A stretch of DNA of 61,967 nucleotides from an uncultured virus (IMG/VR IMGVR_UViG_3300023174_000076) (IMGVR_UViG_3300023174_000076), one strand, 5' to 3'; shown: positions 11,741 through 21,909, numbered from the stretch's first letter. Notes: generated by a model from the letters alone, not told the origin. Numbers and translations are program-made.

Positions 11741-12142
11741 ATGCCAATAACTTACACAAAACAATCTCATACGAAAAGACTGATAGAACCTCTTTTTTCT
11801 AGATTTAGACAGAAATATAGAGGAACTAGAAATAGCAAAAAAGAAAATTTAGAAATCAATTCTTTACTTGCCGACTTCAATAGGATCAATAATCAATTGG
11901 ATTCAATAGGTGCAGTTTGCGATAGTTATTCTGTAGCCATTAATGGTAAGATATCTTCCCTGGTTGAAGAGGAAGTGCTTGTTGATGGGGTAAACGTTGA
12001 ACCCGAAGGAGTTACTGCGTACTCATTGAGTAATGCCGCAACGCCAATTGCGTCTAGTATAAGTATAAATGATATTGTAAAAATTACAGGAAAATTATCT
12101 AGGCTTCAGAGTAAAATAAAATTTTTAGAAAATAGGATTTAA
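11741..12142 (+). CDS. Hypothetical (probable virion) protein
   Basis: ORF with a GGAAG RBS; shares a YRG-x-x-x-S-x-x-x-N motif with the next gene. Confidence 0.5.
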   Translation: MPITYTKQSHTKRLIEPLFSRFRQKYRGTRNSKKENLEINSLLADFNRINNQLDSIGAVCDSYSVAINGKISSLVEEEVLVDGVNVEPEGVTAYSLSNAATPIASSISINDIVKITGKLSRLQSKIKFLENRI

Positions 12143-12143
12143 T

Positions 12144-13403
12144 ATGGCAGATTCAATTAATACACAGAAAAGAAACGTGCAATATAGGGGTCCAGTAGAC
12201 AGCTCTGAATACAATCAAAGAATTGAAGAAAATTATAAAGACCTTTTATACTTATATAATAAATCAAATATTCTTGATCACAAACTTTCTGAAGCATTTC
12301 AAAGAGTCTTGAAGGACCAAGCATACCTAGTTAGTGCGGTTGATGATCTTGTCGATAGAGTTGAGGCACTTGAAAATGAAACAAATACCCTATCAATATA
12401 TTCTTTCTCACAGCTTGATTATGTAAATTTTGTTGGAACAAGTTTTTCTATTTCTACCACAAATCTATTGAGCCTAGATCCATACTATAATGTAATAACA
12501 CTTCCAAAGGTTAGCGGATCTTCAAATTCAAAGTTAAAGTTTCACACGTCCGGTGCTTCTTCTTCTCAGGTTATTCCAGATTTCTTTAAAACATTTATAC
12601 AAAATAATTATGCAGGCGTTGACGCCGCTGGAGCCATAGTCAACACCACTCCAACATTCAATGCAATAATAGATAATCCAGATAAAATTTGGAAACGTAA
12701 TATAATTACACAATCCACTTCTCCTTCCGGGGCTCAGATGATGTTTTACGTAAAAATACCATCTGAATTTACTGGATCAACAAAAACAAACTGTATTAAA
12801 TTTAACCCATTTCCTGTATACTCAGTCGATATTTCTTCAATAGAATATACAACAAAATTAAATCCAACATTAACAGAGTCAGACTCTTGGCTGCCATTAA
12901 ACTCTTCTGCTCTTTATAATGGAGTTAGCACAGCGGTGGGCAAAGTCCCACCTGGTGGATGGCTTGTTTCTGGGTCGGATACCATATATAACTCTGGCCC
13001 ACTTTCTTTTTACTTCCCAGATAAAGAAATTACGGCAATAAGAATTAAGATGGTACAGAGAAGCTATATGCAAGAGGCTGGAAATTATATATATACATAT
13101 GGCCTTTCTGATCTTGATGTGAGATATGATAAATTTTTGCCATCTGGTAAAACTATAATTAAGTTTACTCCTCCAGACGGTTCTTTAATTAATAATATAA
13201 TTAGTGTAGACCCAGTAATCTATAATGTTCCCTTGAGCCAGATGTCAAACGCCTTTAGCTATAGGGTTATCTACGACGATGCCGGGAACTACAGCACTAC
13301 AAATCCGGGGGCTTCATCCAGTGTATGGATAGAGGTTACCCTAAACATGTTAGAGGATAAAACTGCACCCGTGCTTTGTGATCTAAGAATTCAATATGAT
13401 TAA
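12144..13403 (+). CDS. Putative virion structural protein (419 aa)
   Basis: ORF with AGGA RBS; N-terminal YRGPVDSSEYN plus coiled coil, beta-rich C-terminus. Confidence 0.55.
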   Translation: MADSINTQKRNVQYRGPVDSSEYNQRIEENYKDLLYLYNKSNILDHKLSEAFQRVLKDQAYLVSAVDDLVDRVEALENETNTLSIYSFSQLDYVNFVGTSFSISTTNLLSLDPYYNVITLPKVSGSSNSKLKFHTSGASSSQVIPDFFKTFIQNNYAGVDAAGAIVNTTPTFNAIIDNPDKIWKRNIITQSTSPSGAQMMFYVKIPSEFTGSTKTNCIKFNPFPVYSVDISSIEYTTKLNPTLTESDSWLPLNSSALYNGVSTAVGKVPPGGWLVSGSDTIYNSGPLSFYFPDKEITAIRIKMVQRSYMQEAGNYIYTYGLSDLDVRYDKFLPSGKTIIKFTPPDGSLINNIISVDPVIYNVPLSQMSNAFSYRVIYDDAGNYSTTNPGASSSVWIEVTLNMLEDKTAPVLCDLRIQYD

Positions 13404-13473
13404 TGGTTAAAAACCAAAAATCATTTTACTATAGATAGTGTAAACCGCATTATACAATAAGGAGATATCTCAT

Positions 13474-14082
13474 ATGGCAACCTTTTACGTAGGTCCAAGA
13501 CCAGTATTGAAGGGTCGTTCTACTGCAGATATGGTGAACGTATTCAAGGGTACGGCTGGCACATATTCATTTTACCCACTATTTGCTAAGGGTCTTTTGG
13601 ATGGAGCTCCAGACAATCATCATGTCCCAGGCACTGGTAGTCATCCAGGAAATGTTCTTTTATCACAACTATTTACTGGCTCGACACTTTATGTTGGGAC
13701 AACTCCACTAGCAGGTACATTTGCAGATGGGTCTGACTATGAGGGAGCTCGCTTTAAGCCATTTGAATTTAAAGGCTTAGTAGGGGCAGCGGCGTTTCCT
13801 TCTGGCTTCGGGCATGCCGATAGAGTAAGTGACTATAGTTACAACAACTATATATTTGATGGTGTTACATCAGCAAATATATTTGCAAGCACTGGTCACG
13901 CTGCAAGAACAGAAGCTCAAGGCGCACCAGCATCCTTCGGTGTTTTTAGACCAAATGATGTTCACGGTGTAACAAGTGCAGCAGTATTCACTTCAGGCTA
14001 TGGTCAAGCAAATACCGCATCGGAATATGGCAGAAACAAAGTGCTGGAATACAAAGGTTTGGACTCAGCAAAAGCATTGTAA
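13474..14082 (+). CDS. Gly/Ala-rich protein with three internal ~28-aa repeats, probably an abundant virion protein
   Basis: Strong AAGGAG RBS; upstream TACTATA at 13427; repeats of the form GxxxAxxF...GxA. Confidence 0.5.
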   Translation: MATFYVGPRPVLKGRSTADMVNVFKGTAGTYSFYPLFAKGLLDGAPDNHHVPGTGSHPGNVLLSQLFTGSTLYVGTTPLAGTFADGSDYEGARFKPFEFKGLVGAAAFPSGFGHADRVSDYSYNNYIFDGVTSANIFASTGHAARTEAQGAPASFGVFRPNDVHGVTSAAVFTSGYGQANTASEYGRNKVLEYKGLDSAKAL

Positions 14083-14104
14083 GCATCACCGAAAAATATA
14101 TTCT

Positions 14105-14122
14105 GTGCTATACTAATAGCAC
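14105..14122 (+). promoter_or_regulatory. Extended -10 promoter (TGnTATACT) embedded in the palindrome GTGCTAT-acta-ATAGCAC
   Basis: TG at 14106-07, TATACT at 14109-14114, 7-bp inverted repeat. Confidence 0.45.
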
Positions 14123-14130
14123 GGCTACAA

Positions 14131-14164
14131 CAATCCCGTCTGATCCCAGGCGGGATTGCTGTTT
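14131..14164 (+). terminator. GC-rich hairpin, probable terminator of the structural operon
   Basis: CAATCCCGTCTG-atcc-CAGGCGGGATTG followed by a weak U tract. Confidence 0.55.
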
Positions 14165-14211
14165 ATATGGATCATTTTTATAGGTTTTGAGTATTTTATT
14201 AAGGATTATAA

Positions 14212-14916
14212 ATGTATTTAGATGCTCTTGAAAAAGTAATCAATGAAGACACGATACCTTTTGATACAGCAGAAAAATATTTAAATTTATTTTTAGGTGC
14301 ATCTGATTGGGATAGCCACATAAAAAAACTGTGGAAAATGTCTGGTTCAAAAGGACTTACAGAAGAGCAAAGAAAAGCCTTTGTAAAAAAAACTATAAGT
14401 TGTGCAACAATGCTACCTCTACTAGAGGGCACTACTATTCCTACTCCTCCAGATAAACTTTTGTTTTGGTGTACAGCTTGGACACAGTTCAATGAAAGAG
14501 ATTGGTTTGAATTATTTAAAGAAAATATTAAAGAAGATATAAAAATCATAAAAGATAGAAATCAAATTATTAAGTTAGGCGTCGTAGACCCGATAGATGT
14601 ATCACCATTAACTAGACAAGCATTTAATTGGCTTTATAATAGAGCAAAAGAAGTTTCTGATTTGAATGAAGATAACGCAAAAGAATTGGAGATAAAATTT
14701 TTTAATCTAGTAAAAGCATATGGCGGTGCTATAATATGTAATATGTTTGTCAAACATAAAAACAATGTTAACAAAGTGTTTAATTGGAGAAGTGGTTATT
14801 TTTTTGAAAAAGAAATACATAAAGTTTATAAGATCGATGAAATATTAAAAATAAAAAGTACAGAATTACAAAAGTTAAATCAAAAATACGTAAAAAAAAT
14901 AACTATACTTAGATAG
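14212..14916 (+). CDS. Hypothetical protein
   Basis: 234-aa ORF with AAGGA RBS. Confidence 0.6.
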   Translation: MYLDALEKVINEDTIPFDTAEKYLNLFLGASDWDSHIKKLWKMSGSKGLTEEQRKAFVKKTISCATMLPLLEGTTIPTPPDKLLFWCTAWTQFNERDWFELFKENIKEDIKIIKDRNQIIKLGVVDPIDVSPLTRQAFNWLYNRAKEVSDLNEDNAKELEIKFFNLVKAYGGAIICNMFVKHKNNVNKVFNWRSGYFFEKEIHKVYKIDEILKIKSTELQKLNQKYVKKITILR

Positions 14917-14928
14917 GAGATATATATA

Positions 14929-17040
14929 ATGTCATTAGAGATAGAAAACGGTAATCCAGATATAGCATACGCCGCCCCAAAGCAGGCATCGATGTTTTCC
15001 TTTAGACTGACAGATGAATTTGTTATTGGATATAAAGATAAAGTAGTTCCATTTGGCTATAGGGATGCAGCTGGAAATTCTGTTGGAGAAATAACCTTTT
15101 TACGCACTTACTCAAGACTTAAGGAAGATGGCACAAAAGAAACGTGGGTTGATGTTTGCGAAAGAGTTATCAATGGAATGTACTCCCTCCAAAAAGATCA
15201 CTGTAAAAAAAATCGCCTTCCATGGAATGACGCAAAGGCTCAAGCCTCTGCAAAGGAAGCATTTGATAGATTGTTTAACCTCAAATGGACACCACCTGGT
15301 CGTGGTCTTTGGGCTATGGGAACAAACATCGTAAATATACAAAAGAATTCGGCGGCTCTACAAAACTGCGCCTTTGTTTCCACCGCAGAAATGAATAAGT
15401 TTAACCCAGCAAAACCTTTCGCATTTCTTATGGAAGCTTCAATGTTGGGTGTTGGTGTAGGATTTGATGACAAAGGTGCCGACAAAGATTTTACAATCTT
15501 TAAGCCAAAGGTGTTAGAGGTAATTAAACCAATCGTTATTCCCGATACAAGAGAAGGCTGGGTCGATTCAACAGCTCTATTGTTAAATTCATATCTAAAA
15601 CCGGAACAAGACGCAGTTGATTTTGACTACAGCGTAATCCGTCCAGCTGGCACGCCCATTAAAACATTTGGTGGAGTAGCTGCTGGTCACGAGCCACTTG
15701 AAAAGCTACATAAACATATTCGTAAAATGTTTTCTGGACGCAGTGGAGAGAAGCTAACCCGTATAGATATAGCTGACATCGGAAACGTTATAGGTGTATG
15801 CGTTGTGTCTGGAAATGTGCGTCGATCAGCAGAATTGTTGATTGGTCGCTTGGACGATCAAGATTTCTTAAATTTAAAAAATTCAGAAAGATTCCCTGAC
15901 CGAAACTCGTATGATTCATCGGCTCCAGGATGGGGCTGGATGTCTAACAACTCCGTTGAAACAGCGGTCGGAGCAGATCTTTCCAGCATAGTAGAGGGTA
16001 TATCTCTTAACGGTGAGCCTGGAGTTCTATGGATGGACATGTCTCGCAAATATGGCCGCTTAGCTGATCCACCAAACAATAAGGACCATAGAGTGGCCGG
16101 CTATAACCCCTGTGCAGAGCAGTCTCTAGAGTCCTACGAGTGCTGTACGCTTGTGGAGACCTATCTCAATAGGCATGACACCCTAGAGGACTATAAGCGC
16201 ACATTAAAGTTTGCCTACCTATACGCAAAGACCGTGACTCTTCTGCCAACCCATTGGGAAGAGACTAATGCCATCATGCAACGTAATCGTAGAATAGGTG
16301 CGTCTATGTCGGGCGTAGCAAACTTTGCCGATAGAGTTGGAGTCCCAGCTCTTCGCGAATGGATGGACCAAGGCTATAGAACTATCCAGCGTTATGATAA
16401 TGTTTACTCTGAGTGGTTGGGAATTAGAGAATCCATTAAAATGACAACTATTAAACCCTCTGGAACTGTTTCAATTCTTGCAGGCGAATCACCAGGTGTG
16501 CATTGGACCCCAGGCGGAAAGTATTTTAATAGAACTATTAGGTTCGCAAACGAAGACCCAATGTTACCTCTATTCAAAATGGCAAACTATACGGTTGAGC
16601 CAGCTTCCGAATCTCCTGATACAACATCAGTAGTCTACTTTCCCATTAAATCAGATGCAGCGAGAGCAGAGCGTGACGTTACAATTTTTGAAAAAATGTC
16701 TTTAGCAGCAACCGCCCAAAGATATTGGTCTGACAATTCTGTTTCTGTAACAATATCTTTTGATAAAGATACAGAATCTGAGCACGTAGGTACAGTACTC
16801 CATATGTATGACGGGCAATTAAAGACGGTGTCATTTTTGCCGAGTGGAAACCATACTTATCCACAAATGCCCTACACCCAAATATCAGAAAAAGAATATA
16901 CGGATGCTACTTCAAAACTATTCGCTATAGATTTAACTGGAGTATATGCTGGGATGGCATCAGATGCAATTGGCGAAAGATACTGTACTACTGATTCTTG
17001 TGAAATTAAATTCATAAAGGATAACTCAAAAGCCAATTAG
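14929..17040 (+). CDS. nrdJ: Class II (adenosylcobalamin-dependent) ribonucleotide reductase, monomeric RTPR-like
   Basis: RTYSR, PPGRGLW, NCAF, GNVRRSA, catalytic NPCAEQ, TIKPSGT and a C-terminal redox CTTDSC; no R2 subunit nearby. Confidence 0.92.
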   Translation: MSLEIENGNPDIAYAAPKQASMFSFRLTDEFVIGYKDKVVPFGYRDAAGNSVGEITFLRTYSRLKEDGTKETWVDVCERVINGMYSLQKDHCKKNRLPWNDAKAQASAKEAFDRLFNLKWTPPGRGLWAMGTNIVNIQKNSAALQNCAFVSTAEMNKFNPAKPFAFLMEASMLGVGVGFDDKGADKDFTIFKPKVLEVIKPIVIPDTREGWVDSTALLLNSYLKPEQDAVDFDYSVIRPAGTPIKTFGGVAAGHEPLEKLHKHIRKMFSGRSGEKLTRIDIADIGNVIGVCVVSGNVRRSAELLIGRLDDQDFLNLKNSERFPDRNSYDSSAPGWGWMSNNSVETAVGADLSSIVEGISLNGEPGVLWMDMSRKYGRLADPPNNKDHRVAGYNPCAEQSLESYECCTLVETYLNRHDTLEDYKRTLKFAYLYAKTVTLLPTHWEETNAIMQRNRRIGASMSGVANFADRVGVPALREWMDQGYRTIQRYDNVYSEWLGIRESIKMTTIKPSGTVSILAGESPGVHWTPGGKYFNRTIRFANEDPMLPLFKMANYTVEPASESPDTTSVVYFPIKSDAARAERDVTIFEKMSLAATAQRYWSDNSVSVTISFDKDTESEHVGTVLHMYDGQLKTVSFLPSGNHTYPQMPYTQISEKEYTDATSKLFAIDLTGVYAGMASDAIGERYCTTDSCEIKFIKDNSKAN

Positions 17041-17057
17041 ATGGTATAATGTATCCT

Positions 17058-17771
17058 ATGGAAGATACTAATAATATAGGAAAATCTATAGTCGTTTTAG
17101 ATAATGGCTATGTTAGATTAGTTGATGTTATGGGATCTGATCTTTCTGTTGCAAATGCGGCAAGAGCTTCGTTTGCAAAAGAAAGTTCCCAAATGTCGAC
17201 AGACGACGCTAGACTAATAAATTTTCTTGCAAGAGAAAATCACATGTCTCCGTTTAGGCACGCATTCGCTACATTTGAATTTAAAGCACCGTTGCTTGTT
17301 GCTAGACAACATTGGAAATATGTTGTCGGCTCTGATCATACAATGGACTCATGGAATGAATCGTCACGCAGATATGTGACAATGGAACCAGAATTTTATA
17401 TACCAAAATTAAACGAATGGAGACTTGCTCCAGACAACAAGAAACAAGGATCTGGTGGTCCCATAGACCCTTGGACCGGTTCAATTTTGACTGAAGAGTT
17501 AAAGAAGTATATTGAACAGGGAGAAGCTTTATATAGGTTGGCGATGGATAACGGAGCTGCTCCAGAGCAAGCGCGTTTATTCCTGCCAGCGTACGCCATG
17601 CATGTTGTATATAGATGGTCTTGTAGCTTGCAGTCAATAGCTTTGTTCTTGAATCAAAGATTGGCCGAAGACGCTCAACATGAAATAACTGAGTATGCGG
17701 AATCTGTAAAAGATTTAATAAGTCCACACTTTCCGGTTTCACTATCAAGTCTATTAGGTAGTTATGTATAA
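17058..17771 (+). CDS. thyX: Flavin-dependent thymidylate synthase
   Basis: AARAS, HMSPF, APLLVARQ, WNESSRRY and EQARLFLP motifs; probable leaderless start 7 nt after TGnTATAAT (TATAAT at 17045-50). Confidence 0.9.
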   Translation: MEDTNNIGKSIVVLDNGYVRLVDVMGSDLSVANAARASFAKESSQMSTDDARLINFLARENHMSPFRHAFATFEFKAPLLVARQHWKYVVGSDHTMDSWNESSRRYVTMEPEFYIPKLNEWRLAPDNKKQGSGGPIDPWTGSILTEELKKYIEQGEALYRLAMDNGAAPEQARLFLPAYAMHVVYRWSCSLQSIALFLNQRLAEDAQHEITEYAESVKDLISPHFPVSLSSLLGSYV

Positions 17772-17934
17772 AAATTTATTATTATCTTTATTATTGACAG
17801 TCTGTTTGAACTGGACAATAGCTATGCAGATACTTAATCAAACATCTAAAGACAAAAGAACAAGAATAGTTTCCGTTTCACTCGCGCTCGCTACTCCATT
17901 AATATTTGGTTTGATTATATTTTCTTTGTTATGA
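17764..17934 (+). CDS. Small two-TM membrane protein (56 aa, not in the ORF track)
   Basis: MYKNLLLSLLLTVCLNWTIAMQILNQTSKDKRTRIVSVSLALATPLIFGLIIFSLL; RBS TAGG. Confidence 0.5.
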   Translation: MYKNLLLSLLLTVCLNWTIAMQILNQTSKDKRTRIVSVSLALATPLIFGLIIFSLL

Positions 17935-17976
17935 AAAAATCTTTTAAAAAAATAAAAACAGTAAAGGTAAACACAA

Positions 17977-18219
17977 GTGCCAGCTTCTAAGTTAAATTAT
18001 ATTGTAGTATATAAAAACCATAGTCAGGTTTACGGATGCTCTTCTTCAAAAATAGCCATTGAATCTCCGGCCCCAGACGGGTTAACGGATCAAGATAAAA
18101 ACATATTTTTTGTTACATTTGAACCTGATACCGACAACATATGTCTTCATAGGTACGATCCAAATAAAATCGGTGGTTTTGATTTAGATGATAAAAAGGT
18201 AAAAATTAAAAATAAGTAG
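17977..18219 (+). CDS. Hypothetical protein
   Basis: GTG start with AAAGGT RBS. Confidence 0.55.
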   Translation: MPASKLNYIVVYKNHSQVYGCSSSKIAIESPAPDGLTDQDKNIFFVTFEPDTDNICLHRYDPNKIGGFDLDDKKVKIKNK

Positions 18220-18224
18220 GAATA

Positions 18225-18467
18225 ATGGCTAAAAAAATAAACGAAAAGAAAAAAATAAATATTAAACTTGAATCAGGTCAAACGTATCTGGTAACAACAA
18301 TAGATGAAATGCTTGTTATATCAAACGCATTATCAAATTATTTATCTGTTGTTAAAGATGAAAAAGAAAGATTAAATATTTTACACATTAAAGAAGAAGC
18401 TGTAAAATCAATTAATGAAAATCAATTTATTAGCAAGCAAAATAACAATGACGATGATAGTTGGTAA
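18225..18467 (+). CDS. Hypothetical protein
   Basis: AGGA RBS, operon spacing. Confidence 0.55.
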   Translation: MAKKINEKKKINIKLESGQTYLVTTIDEMLVISNALSNYLSVVKDEKERLNILHIKEEAVKSINENQFISKQNNNDDDSW

Positions 18468-18469
18468 AA

Positions 18470-19273
18470 ATGATTGATTTATGTGTGGTAAATTACAATA
18501 CAAAAGATTTACTTAAACGTTTTTTGGATTCACTTCATAGTGATCTTAATGAACAAAATAAGATATGGAATCTTTACATATCAGACAATGGATCTTCCGA
18601 CGGAAGTTGGCCTTGGATAGAAGAAAATAGACTTACATATAAAATAACTGCAGGTTGGAATAATCAAAACATAGGCTATTCTCTTGCATGCAATGGGATG
18701 GCAACTTACGGAGCTGGTGATATAATTTGTTTATTGAACGCAGATGTCTGGCTTACTACTCAGGATCTAATAAATGTTCAAAAAATATTTGATGAGAATC
18801 AAGATATACATATTCTTGGCCCAAAACAAAGAGACGAAAATGGTTTCATAACACATGCTGGCATTGTAGGGACTAATACGGCTCCAAAACATAGGGGTTG
18901 GAAGCAGCATGATCCAAACGATAATCTTTTTAAGGATAGGGTAAATTGTGTTACGGTATCCGGGTCTGCTTACTTCATTAGAAGATCAGTATGGACCACT
19001 TTAACAAGTGATCGTGAATATCAAAGAATGTATCCAGGAGTATTGGGCGCGTTCCTGCCGACACCCCACTACTACGAAGAAACTTGGTGTTCGTATTTTG
19101 CACGTCATCGTGGCTACAATGTGGTGTATGATGGTAGTGTGTCAATCGGTCATAGCTGGCATGCATCGTCACCAAAACCGGGTGAAGGATATAGTGAAGC
19201 AGATAGTAAGTTCAAAGTAAGTCAAGAAATATTTCGCAAAGCCTGCGATCAACTAGGAATAGAAAGAGATTAA
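18470..19273 (+). CDS. Glycosyltransferase family 2
   Basis: VVNYN, DNGSSDGS, NIGYSLACN, LLNAD, VSGSA and YYEET motifs. Confidence 0.85.
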   Translation: MIDLCVVNYNTKDLLKRFLDSLHSDLNEQNKIWNLYISDNGSSDGSWPWIEENRLTYKITAGWNNQNIGYSLACNGMATYGAGDIICLLNADVWLTTQDLINVQKIFDENQDIHILGPKQRDENGFITHAGIVGTNTAPKHRGWKQHDPNDNLFKDRVNCVTVSGSAYFIRRSVWTTLTSDREYQRMYPGVLGAFLPTPHYYEETWCSYFARHRGYNVVYDGSVSIGHSWHASSPKPGEGYSEADSKFKVSQEIFRKACDQLGIERD

Positions 19274-19274
19274 A

Positions 19275-19676
19275 ATGTCAGATCAATTTAATGTTTACCT
19301 TTACAATGCAGAAGTGGTTAAGATAGTAGACGGAGACACATTCAAGATTAAGATAGATCTTGGTTTTGAGGTTCACATTGGACCAAAGAGTGTCAGATTA
19401 TATGGTGTTAATACACCAGAAAGCCGCACTACAAATCTAGAGGAAAAGAAGATGGGGCTCGCTGCAAAAGAGTTCACCGATCAATGGATCAAGAAAGCTA
19501 ATAATAAAGTAAAGATCGAAACTATCCTAGACAAGAATGAGAAGTACGGCAGAATTCTGGCTAGAGTATGGAACGAAGCTGGCGAATGCCTTAACACAGA
19601 AATCGTTAAAGCTGGATTAGCTAGAGAATACTTTGGAGTAGGCGATAAAACATTTGAGGAATTTAAGAAGGCGTAA
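19275..19676 (+). CDS. Thermonuclease (SNase-like)
   Basis: VDGDT, VRLYGVNTPE, KYGRILA, GLAR. Confidence 0.88.
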   Translation: MSDQFNVYLYNAEVVKIVDGDTFKIKIDLGFEVHIGPKSVRLYGVNTPESRTTNLEEKKMGLAAKEFTDQWIKKANNKVKIETILDKNEKYGRILARVWNEAGECLNTEIVKAGLAREYFGVGDKTFEEFKKA

Positions 19677-20249
19677 GTGCAACATTTAGGTAATGGTATT
19701 TATCGTATTAAAAATTTTTTTTCTCTTCATAAAAAATTTAAAGATTTAATTTTAAATCAGATTGATAATTTAGATTTTTTTAGTTATCAAAACAATGTTT
19801 TTAAAAAAAATGATTTTGACTCACACGATTTTTGGGTAAAAGCTGTAGATAGTAGCAATCCAATTTTGTATGAAATTGTATCCTCCTTAAATGAACAAAT
19901 GATAAAAGTGTTAAATTTAACACTAAACACAACTCACGTAAGTCAATGGGAGCATAGCCAATACTGCGGTATGATATCACTTTATAATCCTGGAAATTTT
20001 TTTATGGATCATAATGATTTATTTTCTTCAGATGAAGAAAAAAAGATGACTTACACAGCCGTTTATTATGTTAATCAAGATTTTGAAGGTGGTAATTTAT
20101 TTTTTCCAGAATTAAAAATTACTGTTAAGCCTATAGAGAATAGTTTAGTATTACTTCCCTCTCATTTAACTCATAGAGCAGAAGAAATTATAAGTGGAAA
20201 TAAAATAATATCAACAACATTCTTTAAGGAAATTAAAAATGCAAACTAG
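19677..20249 (+). CDS. 2OG-Fe(II) oxygenase (prolyl-4-hydroxylase-like)
   Basis: HxD (HND), YVNQDFEGGNLFF, distal H (THRAE). Confidence 0.8.
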   Translation: MQHLGNGIYRIKNFFSLHKKFKDLILNQIDNLDFFSYQNNVFKKNDFDSHDFWVKAVDSSNPILYEIVSSLNEQMIKVLNLTLNTTHVSQWEHSQYCGMISLYNPGNFFMDHNDLFSSDEEKKMTYTAVYYVNQDFEGGNLFFPELKITVKPIENSLVLLPSHLTHRAEEIISGNKIISTTFFKEIKNAN

Positions 20250-20303
20250 AAAATATTTTGGTGTAGGCAATAAAAAATTTCAAGAGTTTAAGAAATAATT
20301 TAA

Positions 20304-20582
20304 ATGTCACTATCATTACGGGAAAAAATAAATCAACACTTAAATGACATGGAAGAAAGTGTTGTTTTAATGGATGGTTTTGATGAAGCATTAATTGGTT
20401 TGTCACAAAGAATAAACCAACCTTTATTAGCTGTTTATTCTTGGGAAAAAATGATTGACGTTTGCACAACTGGGGATGGCATGACTCATGAAGAAGCGGT
20501 AGAATACATCGAGTATAATTGCATTGGAGCTTGGATTGGCGACCAAACTCCGATAATAGTGATGCCTTTAGAATTGGACTAG
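20304..20582 (+). CDS. Conserved phage hypothetical protein
   Basis: DGFDEALIG...EEAVEYIEYN..GAWIG..TP pattern typical of a widespread phage family. Confidence 0.6.
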   Translation: MSLSLREKINQHLNDMEESVVLMDGFDEALIGLSQRINQPLLAVYSWEKMIDVCTTGDGMTHEEAVEYIEYNCIGAWIGDQTPIIVMPLELD

Positions 20583-20587
20583 ACACA

Positions 20588-21016
20588 ATGCAAACATTTT
20601 TACCGTATGCAAATTTACAAAAATCAATTCAAGTTTTGGATTATCGTAGACTTGGAAAACAGCGCGTAGAAACATTTCAAGTTCTAAATATCCTACTTGA
20701 TCGTACGCCAACAAAAGGATGGCGCAATCATCCAGTGACCTTAATGTGGAAGGGCTACGAAGCCGCCCTGCAGTTGTATCAAAATTACACCATTCAAGAA
20801 TGGGTTAATAGAGGGTACAAAAACACTATGCAGTACGAGGATGTCGATATTGATTCTGCGACTATGCCACCTTGGTTCGGCTTAGAAGAATTTCATAGAT
20901 CACATAGATCTAATCTACTTCGCAAAGACTATGAATATTATTCGCAATATTTTGATGAACCCAACAACTTAGATTATTATTGGCCGGTTAAAGAGTTGGC
21001 TAGTGGAAAAAATTAA
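20588..21016 (+). CDS. Pyrimidine-dimer DNA glycosylase-like protein (MSMEG_6728/DenV-related)
   Basis: MQTFLPY...LDYRRLGKQRVE...GWRNHP...MW...SHRSNLLRK. Confidence 0.82.
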   Translation: MQTFLPYANLQKSIQVLDYRRLGKQRVETFQVLNILLDRTPTKGWRNHPVTLMWKGYEAALQLYQNYTIQEWVNRGYKNTMQYEDVDIDSATMPPWFGLEEFHRSHRSNLLRKDYEYYSQYFDEPNNLDYYWPVKELASGKN

Positions 21017-21112
21017 TTAAAACTTGCAGAACAACTTGCATTGCGCATGCTTTAGGTTGTAGTATATAAGTGCAATATAAACCAATAACATAAATAGCCG
21101 AAAGGAAAACTA

Positions 21113-21271
21113 ATGGCTGAAAATAAATTTAAATACTTCACAATTACAACAACGTCAATCGTTAAGGCACCTACTGTAGCTGAGGCACAGAAAATTGCAT
21201 CTAGCAATTCGCGTAAGTTGTCTGGAACTCGTGGAGAACTCTTGTTCAAGTTCCAATCCAGCAATCAGTAA
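21113..21271 (+). CDS. Small protein (52 aa), possibly truncated or chimeric at its 3' end
   Basis: GAAAGGA RBS; upstream TTGCAT-N18-TAGTAT promoter; MAENKFKYFTITTTSIVKAPTVAEAQKIASSNSRKLSGTRGELLFK-FQSSNQ. Confidence 0.55.
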   Translation: MAENKFKYFTITTTSIVKAPTVAEAQKIASSNSRKLSGTRGELLFKFQSSNQ

Positions 21272-21909
21272 CTGCAACAACAATTGCAGCTCCTAAGCTA
21301 TCTACAACAGTTACCACAGTTCTTCCACAACTTTTTGTTACCATACCTCAACAACAAGTTGCTCCTGTTCCATTAGAGCAATCTGTTCCTATTCCTCAAG
21401 AACAATCAGTTCCTTCATTAGTTACTCCTCCTTTAGTCCAACTTTTGCCCAATGTAATTGCCCCTGCAGTAATTCAAACATTGCCTAATACAGCTACTCC
21501 ATTAATTGAATCTACTAAATCTAATGTTCAAAAAGTTACTGATGCTGTTAAGCCTTTAACTAAGGTTATAGTTTCTGCACCATCTCCAGCAGATGCAGTA
21601 TTTACTACTTTAAATATTAAAGATAATTCAATTATTAAAAATGGATATTTAATATTTATGATTAATGCTATTATTACTTTAATAGCTATTAGACTTGTTG
21701 TTTCAATTGTTAAAAAAATTTCATTTAACAAAATTAATTTACGTTTTTTATATCAAAGATATCCTATTAAAAATGTTAATCAAAATTCAACACCTCTTCT
21801 CACTGTAAATAAAACTTCAAAACAAATTGATAAAGAATTTGAATCTATTACAAAAATTGAATTTGGTTCTCAACAGAAAGATACACCTGGATTGTATAAA
21901 CATTTATGA
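21241..21909 (+). pseudogene. 5'-truncated Pro/Thr/Val-rich membrane-anchored protein
   Basis: The frame is open from 21217 with no start codon until TTG at 21445. P/T/V/Q-rich coding style begins at about 21244; one TM segment. Confidence 0.5.

Noticed and set aside
14929..17040. Possible intein or intron in the ribonucleotide reductase
   Set aside because: The ORF is continuous, its length suits a monomeric class II RNR, and there are no intein splice or homing-endonuclease motifs.
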